From: Proteromonas lacertae
Taxonomy: Eukaryota
NCBI GenBank assembly: GCA_002245135.1
Contig: NGBS01000943.1
Location: 1 to 41,226 of the forward strand
DNA: 41,226 nt
Reading direction: 5' to 3'
Shown: positions 20,817 to 34,031 of the stretch, piece after piece
Numbering within the stretch: position 1 is the first letter of the stretch
How the letters are laid out: every line of letters starts with the position of its first letter
Program-made: the position numbers and the translations under genes
Notes under the pieces: model-generated
Databases searched by the model: none
Told to the model about the DNA's origin: nothing
The model's input: the letters and a program-made list of their open reading frames with translations, nothing else

Positions 20817-21080
20817 GTATATTTCTGGGTTGAATAATAAAGGGACAGGGCAGTGGCGGGACAAGGGCATGTCCCGGGCAAAAATTGAAAGGGGCGTCCT
20901 TTATACTATCTAAAAATAGAAAAGGGTACATTTTGCCCTTTTCAATTATTTTATTTGAATTTTTATATTTTGTGCGATTTTAGGGATATTAAACGCTATA
21001 AAAATATTTATTCTTTTCATAATTATGTATTATTATCTTATAACAATAACAAACAATAATATTTCATTATAATAATAGCC

Positions 21081-22949
21081 TTAAAAGTAAGGGCTTTGAG
21101 ATCCTTCATCACTAAAACCTTCATCACTAGAACTTTCATTTTCATCACTAGAACTTTCATCTTCATCACTAGAACTTTCATCTTCATCACTAGAATTTTC
21201 ATCACTTAAACCTTCATCGCTAGAACTACCAGAACTTTCATCTTCATCACCAGAACATTGATAATCTAAAGTGTCATATACTATATTGTTATCAATTTCA
21301 TTCAGCACATCTAAATTATATTCTTCTTCACTAATATCATTATCATCTTCATTTCTATCTTTTTCTTTGTTTTTTTCTTTTAATAAATCATATTTTATTC
21401 TTAAAATATTATTTACAGTATTAAGCTGTAATTTATTTCTAATATGATTATGAACTATTCCCTCAATACTAAATGAACGTTCAATAAATGAGTTTGTGAC
21501 AGGAATAGTTGAAAGAATATCATATAGCTTCTTAACATTTGGGTAAAAAACTCCATACATATTGTACCATATATTAGTTGATATCTTTTTCGAAAATATA
21601 TCTGAAGGGCACTTTTTGGAGTATGGTTTTCTTCTTTCAAAATGATATATCTCATTTAATGCTTTCTGATTTAAAACAGGGCTGAATTTAGATAATATAT
21701 TTCTTTTTATATTATCCTTCTCCATGTCTGAAAATTCATGTTTACTGTTTATGTCTAAAAATTCATATAGAGCTAAAATGCTGTAGTTTGCATGTCTAGT
21801 CTCTTTTTTTATAATGTCTTTAATAAGTTCTTTTTCACTTGATGACCTTTTCATTAACTTTCTTTTGACTTTGGTCAATATTCTGAAACCATCATTTAAT
21901 GTAGATGAATCTTTGCATAATAAGTGTATATTTGTGGAAATATATTTTGCAATCTTGTAGCATTCTTTAATTTCTGGTATATCTTCTTCCTTTAATAATT
22001 TTATCTGTAATAAAATTTCTTTATTGAGTAATATTTTTCTAAATACATCGCTATAGCTTGACCATCTCGTATCACATCCCTTGCGTATTTGGATATTTTT
22101 TTGTATAATTGAATATATAGTTTCTCTAATCTTTTGATTATTATTTAACTTATGAATAATGTCATTACACATGACTATCACTTTTTTGTATTTCTCTATT
22201 TCGAATACTTTTTTGCTGATTAAGTTTAGGATGTGTGCTAAACATCCAAACTTTACTACAGGTCTATTTATTTTTTTCTCTAAAATACTACTTATCTTTT
22301 TCATGGTGTAGTTGTTATCACTACTCACAGCAACAATGTTTTTAATATCCAGTTTATACTTCACTAATGTTTGAATTATTAATTCCACTATATTTTCTGA
22401 TGTTTCTCGTTTATGTAAATAAATGGATTCCAAAAACGAAATATCACTGCTTTTCTTTATTGCCAAATTAATAACGTTTTCATTGGTTACTGATTTCCAA
22501 GCGTCCACAATTATACATATTTTACTGTTATCTACAATTTCCTTTACTATTCTTTCTGCTTCTTCGTTCATTGATGCTTTTATTTTGTTTATTGTTATTG
22601 ACTTTGTAGTTGGATTTAATGCATATATTAGATTTTTAAAGGATTTAGATTGTATGGTTCTGAAAGCTAAGTTATTTTCTATAAGATATTTGGTCACCAT
22701 TAAGTTTATTGCACGTTCATCATATCTCAATTCTGTAAGTTTTGATTGGATTAGCTTTTCACTACATCTAATTTAATAAATATAATAAATATATTTATAC
22801 TTTTTGTAATGACGTTTCAAATTAGTGTAATGAGCAATAATCATTGCCTTGCACCTTCTGCATTGAATTCTGTTGTATTTTTCAAGGGGTTTCTTTAACA
22901 CCACATCTTCATTAAAGTATCTATACACAGCATCTCTCGTTTTACCCAT
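21081..22949 (-). CDS. hAT transposase with BED zinc finger (two exons, intron 22768-22800)
   Basis: CRRC...LKRHYKKC; VDAW, SSDN, CLAH, TRWSS, IERSFS. Splicing the 33-nt intron gives a continuous frame. Confidence 0.92.
21105..21256 (-). repeat. Tandem coding repeats forming an SSDEDE acidic tail of the transposase
   Basis: Repeated TCATCACTAGAACTTTCA-like units on the + strand. Confidence 0.85.
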
Positions 22950-23799
22950 ATACAATTGAAATGCAAAATGATAGCTCGAAATTCTCAAACCATTTTCTAA
23001 GTATTCAAATAATAGCTTGAAATACATTAAGTAGTATGCAAAATATACTAAATAGTAATTTTGAAATAGTTTTTCTATTAGTTTATGAAATATATTATGT
23101 TATTATCATAACAAGTACTATTGATTATCAATTAACTGAAAATACCCATTCTATAGCTATACTTCTTAATTATCTATATGATATATGTGTAATATACAAA
23201 ATTATTTATTATATAAATTTCATTTATGTTCAGTGACGTCAATCACCTTGAAATGTACATAATGTATATATATACATATCAGAATATGATATACAGTATG
23301 TTAGTATATCTAGATGATAATATGGAAAAGTTATAACAAAAAATCAGAAAAAATATACTACAGCATAACACATGCTAATATTACTATGCCCGAGCAGTAA
23401 GGGGCAGGCTTCTTTTCAGCTGAAAAAAAAGGGGCAAAAATAGGGCAAAATTCGAAAAAGACGCCCTTTATCGAACCCAGGTATATTTAGAATAGTTTTT
23501 GAAAATAAATTCGTTTCATTCTCATTCAAATCAGTTACATTGAATAAATCAAAATTGAATGACGATGAAAGTAAATAAAAATATGAAATGAATATAATGA
23601 GCATAAATGTAAAGAAATCTAAACTCTAAAGTGTGGAATGTATTAGAGAATATGAATAACAACGTATACATATAATCGATGATATTATGTTTTATAGTAT
23701 GAAAATAACAAATGGATATTTACCACTCATAATTTATGTTTTGATGGTTGATGAAAAAAAAGAAGGATCTGTTATTTGAATGTATCATGACCTCTTTTC

Positions 23800-24201
23800 A
23801 TATTATACTACGTTTCGTGATATTTCAAACACAAATACAGCACCATCAGCTACTGTTAATCCACAAGTTATATATGTACAACCACAAATAAGTGTAGTAT
23901 ATCCAAATCCAAATCCTCAACCCCAGTGAATTATCAACCTTCAAACCCACCACTAGTTCAGCAAAACCCTTATTTCCCTTCATCTAATATTACTCCTCAA
24001 CCAAATCCTTATTATCCTCCTAATTATATACAATCACAATAATCAATACCACAGCAACCACAATAACCTATAGTATACCTTCAGCAACCATATGTTGGAA
24101 CAATGCAACCTCCTCCACAAGCGCAACCTCTCTCACCAATACCACGTGCAGCACCATGTCTACAACCTCAGACTGGAAATAGTAACCCTCATTTAATATA
24201 G
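23800..24201 (+). pseudogene. Pro/Gln-rich C-terminal gene fragment
   Basis: PQVIYVQPQ...QS Q* SIPQQPQ*P with TAA at 24040 and 24064 and one frameshift near 23920. Confidence 0.65.
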
Positions 24202-24224
24202 TGTATATTGGTGTAGTTCTATAA

Positions 24225-25600
24225 ATGGAACTTTCAGTCAGCAAAATACTGTCCTTTAAGTCAGAAAAGATGCAGAATACAATAAAAGGTATGAAAGATG
24301 CAAAGAGGACATTGATTGCAGATCAAGATGCTCAACAGTCGTTATCTTCTGCAATTAAGCATGCTATTACCAGTAAAGACGTTGGTTTAATGTTGAATAT
24401 CATTAAAATCGTTGCATTAGTTGCCTCCCAGCCATCAAATGCCAAATTTTTAATCAAAGGTGATGTTGTTAAGCAACTTTACGATGTATTTACTATATTT
24501 ATTGATATTATACATGTAGATATATTCATCTTTGAGAATACAAGAAGAATTCGATAAATGCCGTAAAGTTGACTTTTTTGTCTCAATTTCAGAAATTGTA
24601 AGTGTATTATGGTATAAATAAATAGATTGACTGTGACGAAGAGGATACTGCATTAAAAGAGGACAATGATCGTCTAAGAGACTTAGTAGCTTCACAGTTT
24701 TGTGATACACTTGCAAGAGACTGCTGTAAAGAAGAGGTAAATTTATTTATTTTAATATTATATATAGGATATTGAAGTGAAAAGAGAGATCATCGCCTGT
24801 ATCTCAATATTCTTGGATGGAAGTCTTGACAATGTGCTTAAGAAATATTCCACCGTGATACAATTTAAAGAGATAGCAAGAAATGTGTTAAATTGCACAG
24901 GTATGTATAAATCTATTGTTTTGTAGACTTTCCGTTGCAGTGCTCATGTATAGAGATTGTCTATAGGTTACTCATACACTCAGACAGTGAGAAATACCAA
25001 AGAAAAGTTAATCCGATTATTAATGAACTCCAAGATTGTAAACAGTATATATTTTATTATAATTTATTACTATAATTTAGAAAAACGAATATTTCTAATG
25101 TCATTCTTCATACACTCCCTAAATCTGATGAGTACCAAATTGAGACAGTCAATTGGTTGGATTTAGATAAGGAATCAATTAGATGTTTAGTTCCTGACAA
25201 AGAAATCAACAAAATAAATACCATATTTCAATATATTAAAGTGATCAGTGTCTCATTTCTTACTATTGTTTAACTAAACCAAACAGATAGCAATAATTAT
25301 GATGACAATAATGAATTTACTACACCAGAGCCAAATATTATTGGCAGTAGTAATGGTAATACAGAGATAGCTAAACCAAAGAGATTAATATGGAATAATC
25401 CAATTAACAATTATGTTGAAGAGAAAGAAATATCTAACACAGCTACAATAAGGTTTTATAGACTTTTATAATATAATATTTAGAAATAGTAATGAAATAA
25501 AGAAAGAAAGAACAATATCAAAAATAGTATTAATGTTACTCTTTTTCAAATTTGTCATGCTAAAGAAGAAAATGTATAATTATGGTACTTTTATATTTTT
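24225..25600 (+). pseudogene. Multi-exon armadillo-like protein gene, possibly SYCP2/Red1-like; frame disruptions, 3' end uncertain
   Basis: Short introns; TDFPLQCSCIEIVYRL and PKSDEYQIETVNWLDLDKESIRCLV resemble SYCP2 N-terminal motifs. Confidence 0.4.
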
Positions 25601-26682
25601 TTTTATAGAAACCAGATGATCCCAAAATAATTAATAGTATTATTATTCCTATTATAGGAATAATAATATATATTATGGAAAAGTTCTATTTTGAGCAGCT
25701 GCTCAAATTTTGAACAGGCTGTTTCTAATAGCGCCATGAATCTCATATTGAAATTTGTCTGACTATTATAAATTATTTTAGCTTTTCTGAATTGTGTGTG
25801 GTATTTAGACATCATCAATGTTAATCATTAGAATAATTATAAGAATTTTGTATATAAATTTATTGTACATAATAACTGTACATTGGACCTCCAGTTTTTA
25901 TTCTAATTATTTTGTTCTTTCAAGAGAAAAATGAAAAAATATAAATTTAGTCAAGCATTTGGCTTGATTTGAATTTGAAATTTATATATTTTGAGCATTT
26001 GTTATGTATAGCAACATATTTTTAATTTTAATTAAATAGATTTCAACTTTATCATAATTTTCAATTATATATATATCAAAAGTCCATATTCTTCGTATAA
26101 TTATATATATTTTTAATTGGTTTAGATTTAAAGAATTATGAAAAGATTATAGATAGAATAGCATACGACTAAATTTATTATGGAATGGATTGATTCAAAA
26201 ATATGGAAGAATGCGTGATAAGCCAGATAGTAAGGAATATAAATCAAAAATGGTTAAGAAAGAGTCTTACTATATCACTTGAAGAAATAAAGAACATAGT
26301 TGCATTGAAAAATGAGAATATAATCTAAATTTAAGTGATATATTTAAATATGAAATGGATTATACTCAAAGATATATTGAATGTAGTAATAATGGAATAC
26401 AGGATGTGAAATGTAATGGTTGTAATAGGATTTATAGGAATATCTTCTTCAGAAATTGATTCTTTTTATTAATTGATAATTTACACAAATATTTAACATT
26501 TATACTTTAATTTGTGTATTTAATATGTGTATGTTACTTAATATTAAATTGGCCTATATCAATGAATTTTAGGATTAAATATGCCAATTGTTGAACAAGA
26601 TTCATTTACTTTCAACATTCAAAGATTGATAAAGATATAGATGACATGGTTAGCTTGTCGAAGAACTTGAATGTATTTAGAA

Positions 26683-27726
26683 CTGAGTTAGGCAAATGAC
26701 GTCCTTTTCGACTTTTGTCCCTTTCACACGCTCAAAATACCCAGTGTTTTCCTGTAGCTGTCCCTTTTGTCCATTTTGCTTTTTTATTATCTTTTTAGTT
26801 TTTCTGTAATAAATAGTAAAAATAATCAATCACTAAGCAATATATATCAATATAACACATTATACTCCTGCCCTACTGAAAAATTAACAAATAAATATAT
26901 TATTTGTCAATTTAACTATTTTTTTAATATATTGTAGTTGCATTTAATTGTTTTCACTCATTTTTTATCCCATTTTATATGCTATTCCCTAATCTGTTTC
27001 TCTGTTTGTTATGTATCAATCCCTGTATAGAAAAACTATGTTCTATTAAGCTTCTAGAGTTTGGGATTGTTTGTATTCTATGAAGCTGCTACGTCTTTTA
27101 TATGACATGATAAAATAAAAAAGCTTGAAAAGAAATCAAGCTTGGATTTATTTCAAAGTTTAATATTTCGTGTTATGATTAAGTATTGTTTCTTTTTATG
27201 TTCATATGTTTGTAATGTTGTAAATTCGTATGTATAAATCTAAAAATTAATTACTGTTTCTTTGAAATACTGTGAATTAATGAATATTAAAATTTAGCTA
27301 AATTTAATCAGTTTATTTTACTGTATATATTCAAATTAGTTATAAGTAGTTTATTAATTTACATTATATTCAGATTATGTCAATTTGTTTGATATTTCTA
27401 TTATGAAGTGACGCTATTTATGTAAATGAACAATACATTTATAAGTATGTTATTTAGATAGATTTAATGCATAAAATTTACATAATATTTTGATTAATAG
27501 AAATGAACATAGGTATATTTGTTCTTAAACAGGTTAATATGTCTTATAAACAATAGGATATATAATATATGTAGTATTTATGATAAACAAATATTGAATA
27601 AAGGGACACAAAAGGAATACTGTCCTTCTTGAAAAAAACATGTTCGATTTCCTTACAGGCTAGACGAGAGAAGAAAGGACAGAAAGGAGGATATGGCTCC
27701 AGAAGGATGTCCTTTCTGCAACTCAT
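26683..27726. mobile_element. Degenerate non-autonomous hAT-related element
   Basis: Left end CTGAGTTAGGCAAATGACGTCCTTTTCGACTTTTGTCCC resembles the hAT end CTGGGTTCGATAAAGGGCGTCTTTTTCGAATTTTGCCC; right end GGATGTCCTTTCTGCAACTCAT. No TSD recovered. Confidence 0.6.
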
Positions 27727-27946
27727 ATATCACTATATCAACATACATTATATCACATCACTCAATAATATAGAATTAATAATAACAATATAATAGAAAT
27801 TATTGACAAAATTATTGAAAGTGTAATCTAGTATTTCAAGTATGAACTAGTACTTTTTTATGTTTAAAAATATTTAATCGTTTCATATTTTGTGGCATTA
27901 TAATTTATAATCTATTTTCTATATCATACTTGAAAATAAATAATAC

Positions 27947-28230
27947 ATGAACATAATAACTATTGATGCCAATGATTTTGTATCAGTTCCTGCTAATGAT
28001 AGTAGACATACAATAGTCGATCGAAGAAAAAAGGAGTTATATAAACAATGTCAAAAATACCCTCCTTTGGATTCTTTTTATAGCATTAATGAATCAATAT
28101 TTCAGAAGAAATTTAAGTCAATTGGTGATTTATACTTTTTAGTCTATGTATATGCTACACAATATGACTTTGAAACCAAAACAAACACCTCTAGTATTTA
28201 AAACCATTATTTGAATATGGTGGTATTTTT
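27947..28230 (+). pseudogene. Possible MULE/FAR1-type DNA-binding domain fragment
   Basis: KKFKSIGDLYFLVYVYATQYDFETKTNTS matches the F.S..D....V..YA....F......S pattern; truncated. Confidence 0.3.
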
Positions 28231-28358
28231 GGTTATTTTTTCGCTATTCAAACTGCTAAAGTTAAATTATATTCTGAATAAAGGGAAATAGAGAAAATCA
28301 ACACAAAAAATAACAGCATAATAATATAATAAAATGGTAATTATTGAGAAAATATAAT

Positions 28359-31300
28359 TTAAATTTTAACACCAGTATCATTTGAAGCATCTATTATTTG
28401 TTCAGCTGTTTTTCTAACATGCTTAGTTCTACCACCAAATCTAACATATATACAATATCCACCTAAGAAAACAACTCCTCCAACAACAAGACAACCAATA
28501 ATTATTCCAATTAATGGGCCAACAATACTTGAAGAACATTCGTCAATTGGAATTTGCCACACAGCATCTCCATCTACATAAAGACATTTTCTTGTTATAA
28601 ATCCACTTTTTCCATTTCCACATTTCATTACAGTTTGCTCACCAATTACTGTTTCAGGAAAACCATCATTAGCAGGACATTTTTTAGCAACGAATTTTAA
28701 TGTAATGGTTACTGATACTGTTTTCCCTTCTTCATCTGTCAATGTAATTAGATATTCTTTAGATTCGACATCAGAAACTGCAACACCTTGCAAATATCCG
28801 GAATGAGACAATGTAAAACCATCTGGTAACTTAGGAACAATTGTAACACTTAATCCATGTCCAATTACTTCAAATAGTCTTACTGAAACTACTACTCCTG
28901 TTGCTACTGATAACTCTTTTATTACTGTTGAATCAGGAATTACTGGATCATCATTCTCTTCAACAGTAAATGCCATTGTAAATGAAATAGTTTTTCCATT
29001 TGATACTGTTATTGTATAATTTGTTGACCTACTTTCAGATTTGGCATAACCATTAAAAGCTCCTGTTTTTTCATTCATTGAAATATTTGATGGTAATGAA
29101 GGACTAATTGAGTAAACTAAATTTGAACCACTAACTGTGAAATATAATACATTGTTTAATTCTTCACCTGCTTTTACTGTTACTGACTCATTTTTACTTA
29201 CTAAAATTGGAATATCAGAAACTACGATTGAAACTGGAATATCTTTTGAAATAGTATGACTATTAGCTTTGCATGAAAATGTATAAGTTTCAGCTGATTG
29301 AACTGAAGCAGTAACTCTTCCGCTCATTAAACCAGTCATTTTATCATAAGTTAGATCTTTTGGTAAATCTTTATTTACATTATATGTTAATTCTTTTGCA
29401 TAACATAATAATGGATAATGCCCATCATATTTGTACATATAAATTAATTCTAATTTATCATCACTATTTGCAACAACTGGATCATCAGGTAAATCAATTA
29501 TAAATCTTATAGTTTTTATTACTTCTTGATTTGGATTTTTAACAATTATTGAATACATACTATTATCTACTATTGTTGGCTTTCCACTAATTAAACCGCT
29601 TGATGAATCAATTTTAAGACCATATGGAAGAGTTATTGCAGAATATATAACAGAAGTTGGACTTTCTACCCACAAAATTTGTAATCCATTGTATTCACTA
29701 TACACTGTCATATTTACTTCACCAGTATAATTCCAAACAAGAAGATCAGATGTTGGATTCACGATTATAGTCATAGATAATTGACCTGTACCGTAATTGT
29801 TTTGCGCAGTAAATGTTATTGAATGTGTAGCACCTTTATATGCCATTCCAGTTAATAAACCAGTAGATGTGCTAAATTCCATTCCTGGGATAAATTCTCC
29901 ATTCGAACATGATGAACATATAAATCCATATGTGTCTACATTTCCAGATACTTCAAATATTGCTTCATTTGTATAATAACGACCTGCATCTAAAGAGATA
30001 GTTGTTAGGGAGGTAATAAAAACTGGTAATTCATTACATGTTGAATTATTTTCTACCCAAACAGCATAATTTGAACAATAAAAATATCTTTCACCTAATC
30101 CACCACCAGAACAATTGCTTTTGAAAAAGGTATTCGAATCACCTTCAGGAAGCTCTTGAGCTATATTTGTTGGACATTTCTTATTACGACATAAACGATA
30201 ATTAATTTCATTTACTCTCATTCCTTTAGAAGTACTAGATCCTTGATTGGATTTTGGTATATCAATTCTAACACCTGTGTATAATGTATAAGGATCAACA
30301 TTAAATGTAGCAATACTTGGTTTATTCTTTTTTAATTCAATATAAGATACTGGATTCATTTCTCCTAAATTGTATGTTACTGAACCAACTTTCCCTGTTA
30401 GTGACACTTTGGTTGGATAATTAATGTAAGATGCTACATCACTTACTATTTTAAATTGATTAAACGAATAATAATTATTTCTACCAAATGTATAATCAGC
30501 ATAAGATTGACCACTTACTGTACCATAATCATCCAGCCAAACTGTATCATCATTAATATCAAATGCAGCATCAGCACAATTATATCCTTTACAATAAGAT
30601 TCGCTTGATGAAGATGCAATACCTCCTCCATATAAAGTGATTAGAATACAATCTTCATCATCATCACCATCTAATGGAAATAAAAAGAATTTATCCTCAT
30701 TTGGGAAATTTTCATCAGTTGGAGATCTATGAATTTCTATTGATATAATGGCTGTAGTATTTAAATCATCTATTGGTAATATAAATTTATCTTGTTGTGG
30801 TATTTCATATGTACTGTCTCCTTGAGTGTTTTGATTAATATCTCCACTTCCTAAATTATCTCGGAATATTTCTCTTCCATTTATTCTTATAATTACACCA
30901 GATTTATGAGTAAATCTAATAAAATATCCTGAATATTTATTATAATCACTAAATATTAATGGATATCTTAAGTAATAAGTTGGATTAGATGAAGTAGCTT
31001 TATTAAGTTCATTTATTCTAGATGATGGCCATGATGAAGTAAAATTATTTAACATCCAATTTTCTTAATACATTTGACTATATTCCCACTTAGTATGTGT
31101 ATCCATAAGATAAGATACTATATAATAATAATAAATTTATATTTATACAATCCATTGTTATATCTTTCTTAGCATCATCATTCATATTTATAGTATATTT
31201 TCCTATCATTGAATCACCTGCATATAATGTTGCTGTTGAACCACCCCAACCATAAGTTGTATAATCAACTAGTCTTAATGTATACCATCCTTTTGTAAGA

Positions 31301-34031
31301 CACATTTTAATTGTATAGTCTGTATTAGCTTCAAATGTACCTTGAATTCGATTAAATATAATATTCCCATTTGAATCCATCAATTCATAACCTACTCTTT
31401 CTGGATATTCATTTATTGACATCTTTAAACCAAATAAGAACTTTTCAGCATTTTCACAATCATCTTCTTCAGTATTTGGTATTACATGCACTAACATATC
31501 AAATGTAGCTTTTCCTTTGCCATTAGTAGCAGTAATTGTATATTTCGTTGAATTTGTTAAACTTCTTGCTCTTCCATATATTCTAATGGACGAAGCATTG
31601 CTTCTATATGTAATTCTGAATTTAATTCTTCTATTGGACTACCTGAAAGTGTACTTGATTTCCAATCATAACTAAAACCAACAGGTATATTATCTAATCT
31701 AAATGATATAACATAACCTTGTTCAATATGAAATTGTAAAGAATAAAATTTACCAACTATTAAAGATATTGTTTCTTTATATATTTCTCCTGCTTCAAGA
31801 TCTTGAATATATAATCCACTTGGAGTTGCAGAAGCTATTAGATTAAATTACATTATAAAATATACTTTTAATTCCTATATAAATTGGATAAGAATATGAA
31901 TTATCTTCAGTACTAACAATTGTAATTGTATATTCTTCAACTTCATGATTAAAATCAGATTCAATTGTTCCACCAATTATTGCAGTTGTTCGACATAAAG
32001 CCATTAATCCACCTGGTAATGTTGGTTCAACTGTTACACTTTTACAATAAAAACTTTCTACTGGAATTGCTTGATTACTAACAGTTTGACCACTTATATA
32101 AGTTGCATATCTTTGAGTCATTACAAAGTAATCGCTTGATGGTACATAATATTCTTGAATATTATAATCATAGTTTTCATCACTGTAGTATTTCATTTGA
32201 ATATCAATTTTAGCATAACCATTATGAGTTGAATAATATACTTGATACAATAAATAATCATATGTCAAAGTGTAATTGAAATAAGAAGCATCATCAAAAC
32301 TATTTCGACCAGCTTTATTTATTACCATTTCATTATTAAAATATACCCAACAACCACCTTCACACTGAACTCGGAAATTGTACACTCCTTCAGGTTGATC
32401 ATCTTTTATTCTTAATTAAGATTCAAAATAAGCAGCATAATCATCTAAGAAATCAATACTCAATCCTTCTGGATGTGGATCATCTTTAGTTTCAACTATT
32501 TCTACATTTTCTTGTCTTTGAATATAAACTGGTTCAAGTCCATCGGTAGTTGGTCCATATCGTGTTTCACATAATGTGTCAAAATTATTTGGTTTATAAT
32601 AATAAGCAACCACACCAGGTAATGTTTTACTAGTTACACGAATTTGAATTGTTATTTCATTTGTTTCACTATCAGAATTTTTACATTTAATTTTATAGGT
32701 TTTATAATCCATATTCTCTTGAGGATGGCTTTTTATATAATCAGTTGTAATTTCAGAACCTTCTGGTAATTCAACTTCATTACTTATCCAACAACTATCA
32801 GCAACACCTCTTAATACATGAAGTGGAGTATAGTTATTTGCATCATTTAACCAACTAATCAATGTAGCATCAACATTTAAGAATATCACAGGATCAAATT
32901 CAGCTTTAGTATACTTAAATGGAATTGTTTTTCTTTCACTACTACCAGGTGTCGAATAGTCAAATACAAAATGCATATCTAAACTTTCACCACCTATTAT
33001 TTCTATAAATACTCTTTTTAAACCACTTTCTAAGGTTATACTTTTTGATAATGGTATTTCATTCCATTCTTTACATTCACCCCAATCTGATAATATCTCT
33101 TCATTTTCTAAATATATTCTAGCACCAATTGATTTACCTGTTTGTAAATAAAATGTATATTCACCAGATGTTTCAATATTAATAAATCCATCCAAAGTTC
33201 CATTAAATGTTGTAAAAATACCTGAGAAATAAATATTATCCATTTTTTTAATCCACTGACTTTGATTTGTTAAATCATTGAGATTCGACATTGCACCATT
33301 TATTGGAAATGTATTATATACTTCAATTCCATCATAATATTGATCACATGGAGTTGTGGTTAAATCATTCAATCTTGTATAAATTCCATCATATAATGCA
33401 GGATTTTCAATTTTCACGATCTCTATTTTATAAGAAGATTCACCTCCTTCATTTGAACCTCTTACAGTAATTGTTCTAGATTGAGTTGCATCAAAATTAC
33501 GAAACACTATTCTAGAACCTCTCTGTTCAACTCCTCTCAAATTATTTGGACTTATTGACCAATCGTCCTCATGAATGTTCCCTGTTGAACTACATTCAAT
33601 TTCAGTGTTTATTAAAGCATAAGATGTTAATTTTGAAACACCACAATTTATTACAGGAGGATCCAGAACTATAGTTATAGATTTTACTTAATATACCGAA
33701 TATCATCAAAGAACATGTATCAGCATCATCTTTTCCCTTATTAAAAAATACTGTAAGTTGAAATGTTCCTGCAGTTCCTGAAATATATCCTGTTGTTTCA
33801 TCAATCGATAAACCAGTTGGTAAATCAGTAGATACTGTGTATTTACCATTCCCCATCCCATCAGGTTTTAGAACATCAATTGTCACATCCTTTTTGAATT
33901 GAGGATGATTTGATTCATAGTTAAATGCTGTACATAATACAACAATTAAGCTAACAACTATAAGAATATATGAATATATTGTGTATAGATAAATGTAATA
34001 TACATGAAATGATTTGTTTATTGAAATTCAT
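28359..34031 (-). pseudogene. Large type-I membrane surface protein (signal peptide, putative-Ig/He_PIG repeats, two PA14-like domains, discoidin-like and HormR-like Cys domains, TM); carries disablements
   Basis: Spliced start MNFNKQIISFVSLIVVLCTA; repeated LP.GL.ID..TG.ISG; GFINIETSGEYTFYL; CPANDGFPET..C..RKC..W; C-terminal TM. In-frame TAA at 32416 and 31065 and a frameshift near 31605. Confidence 0.8.

Larger units (their letters stand above)
20825..23480 (-). mobile_element. Complete hAT transposon
   Basis: Ends CTGGGTT...AACCCAG; perfect 8-bp TSD GTATATTT (20817-24, 23481-88); GGGCA/GGGACA subterminal repeats. Confidence 0.95.

Noticed and set aside
7741..24066. Genome-wide alternative genetic code (TAA/TAG=Gln, TGA=Arg)
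   Set aside because: Long ORFs in the same window contain no such codons and end in TAA/TAG; the affected genes also show frameshifts and G-to-A changes.
26130..26460. Coding-like remnant
   Set aside because: Too degraded to assign a frame or family.
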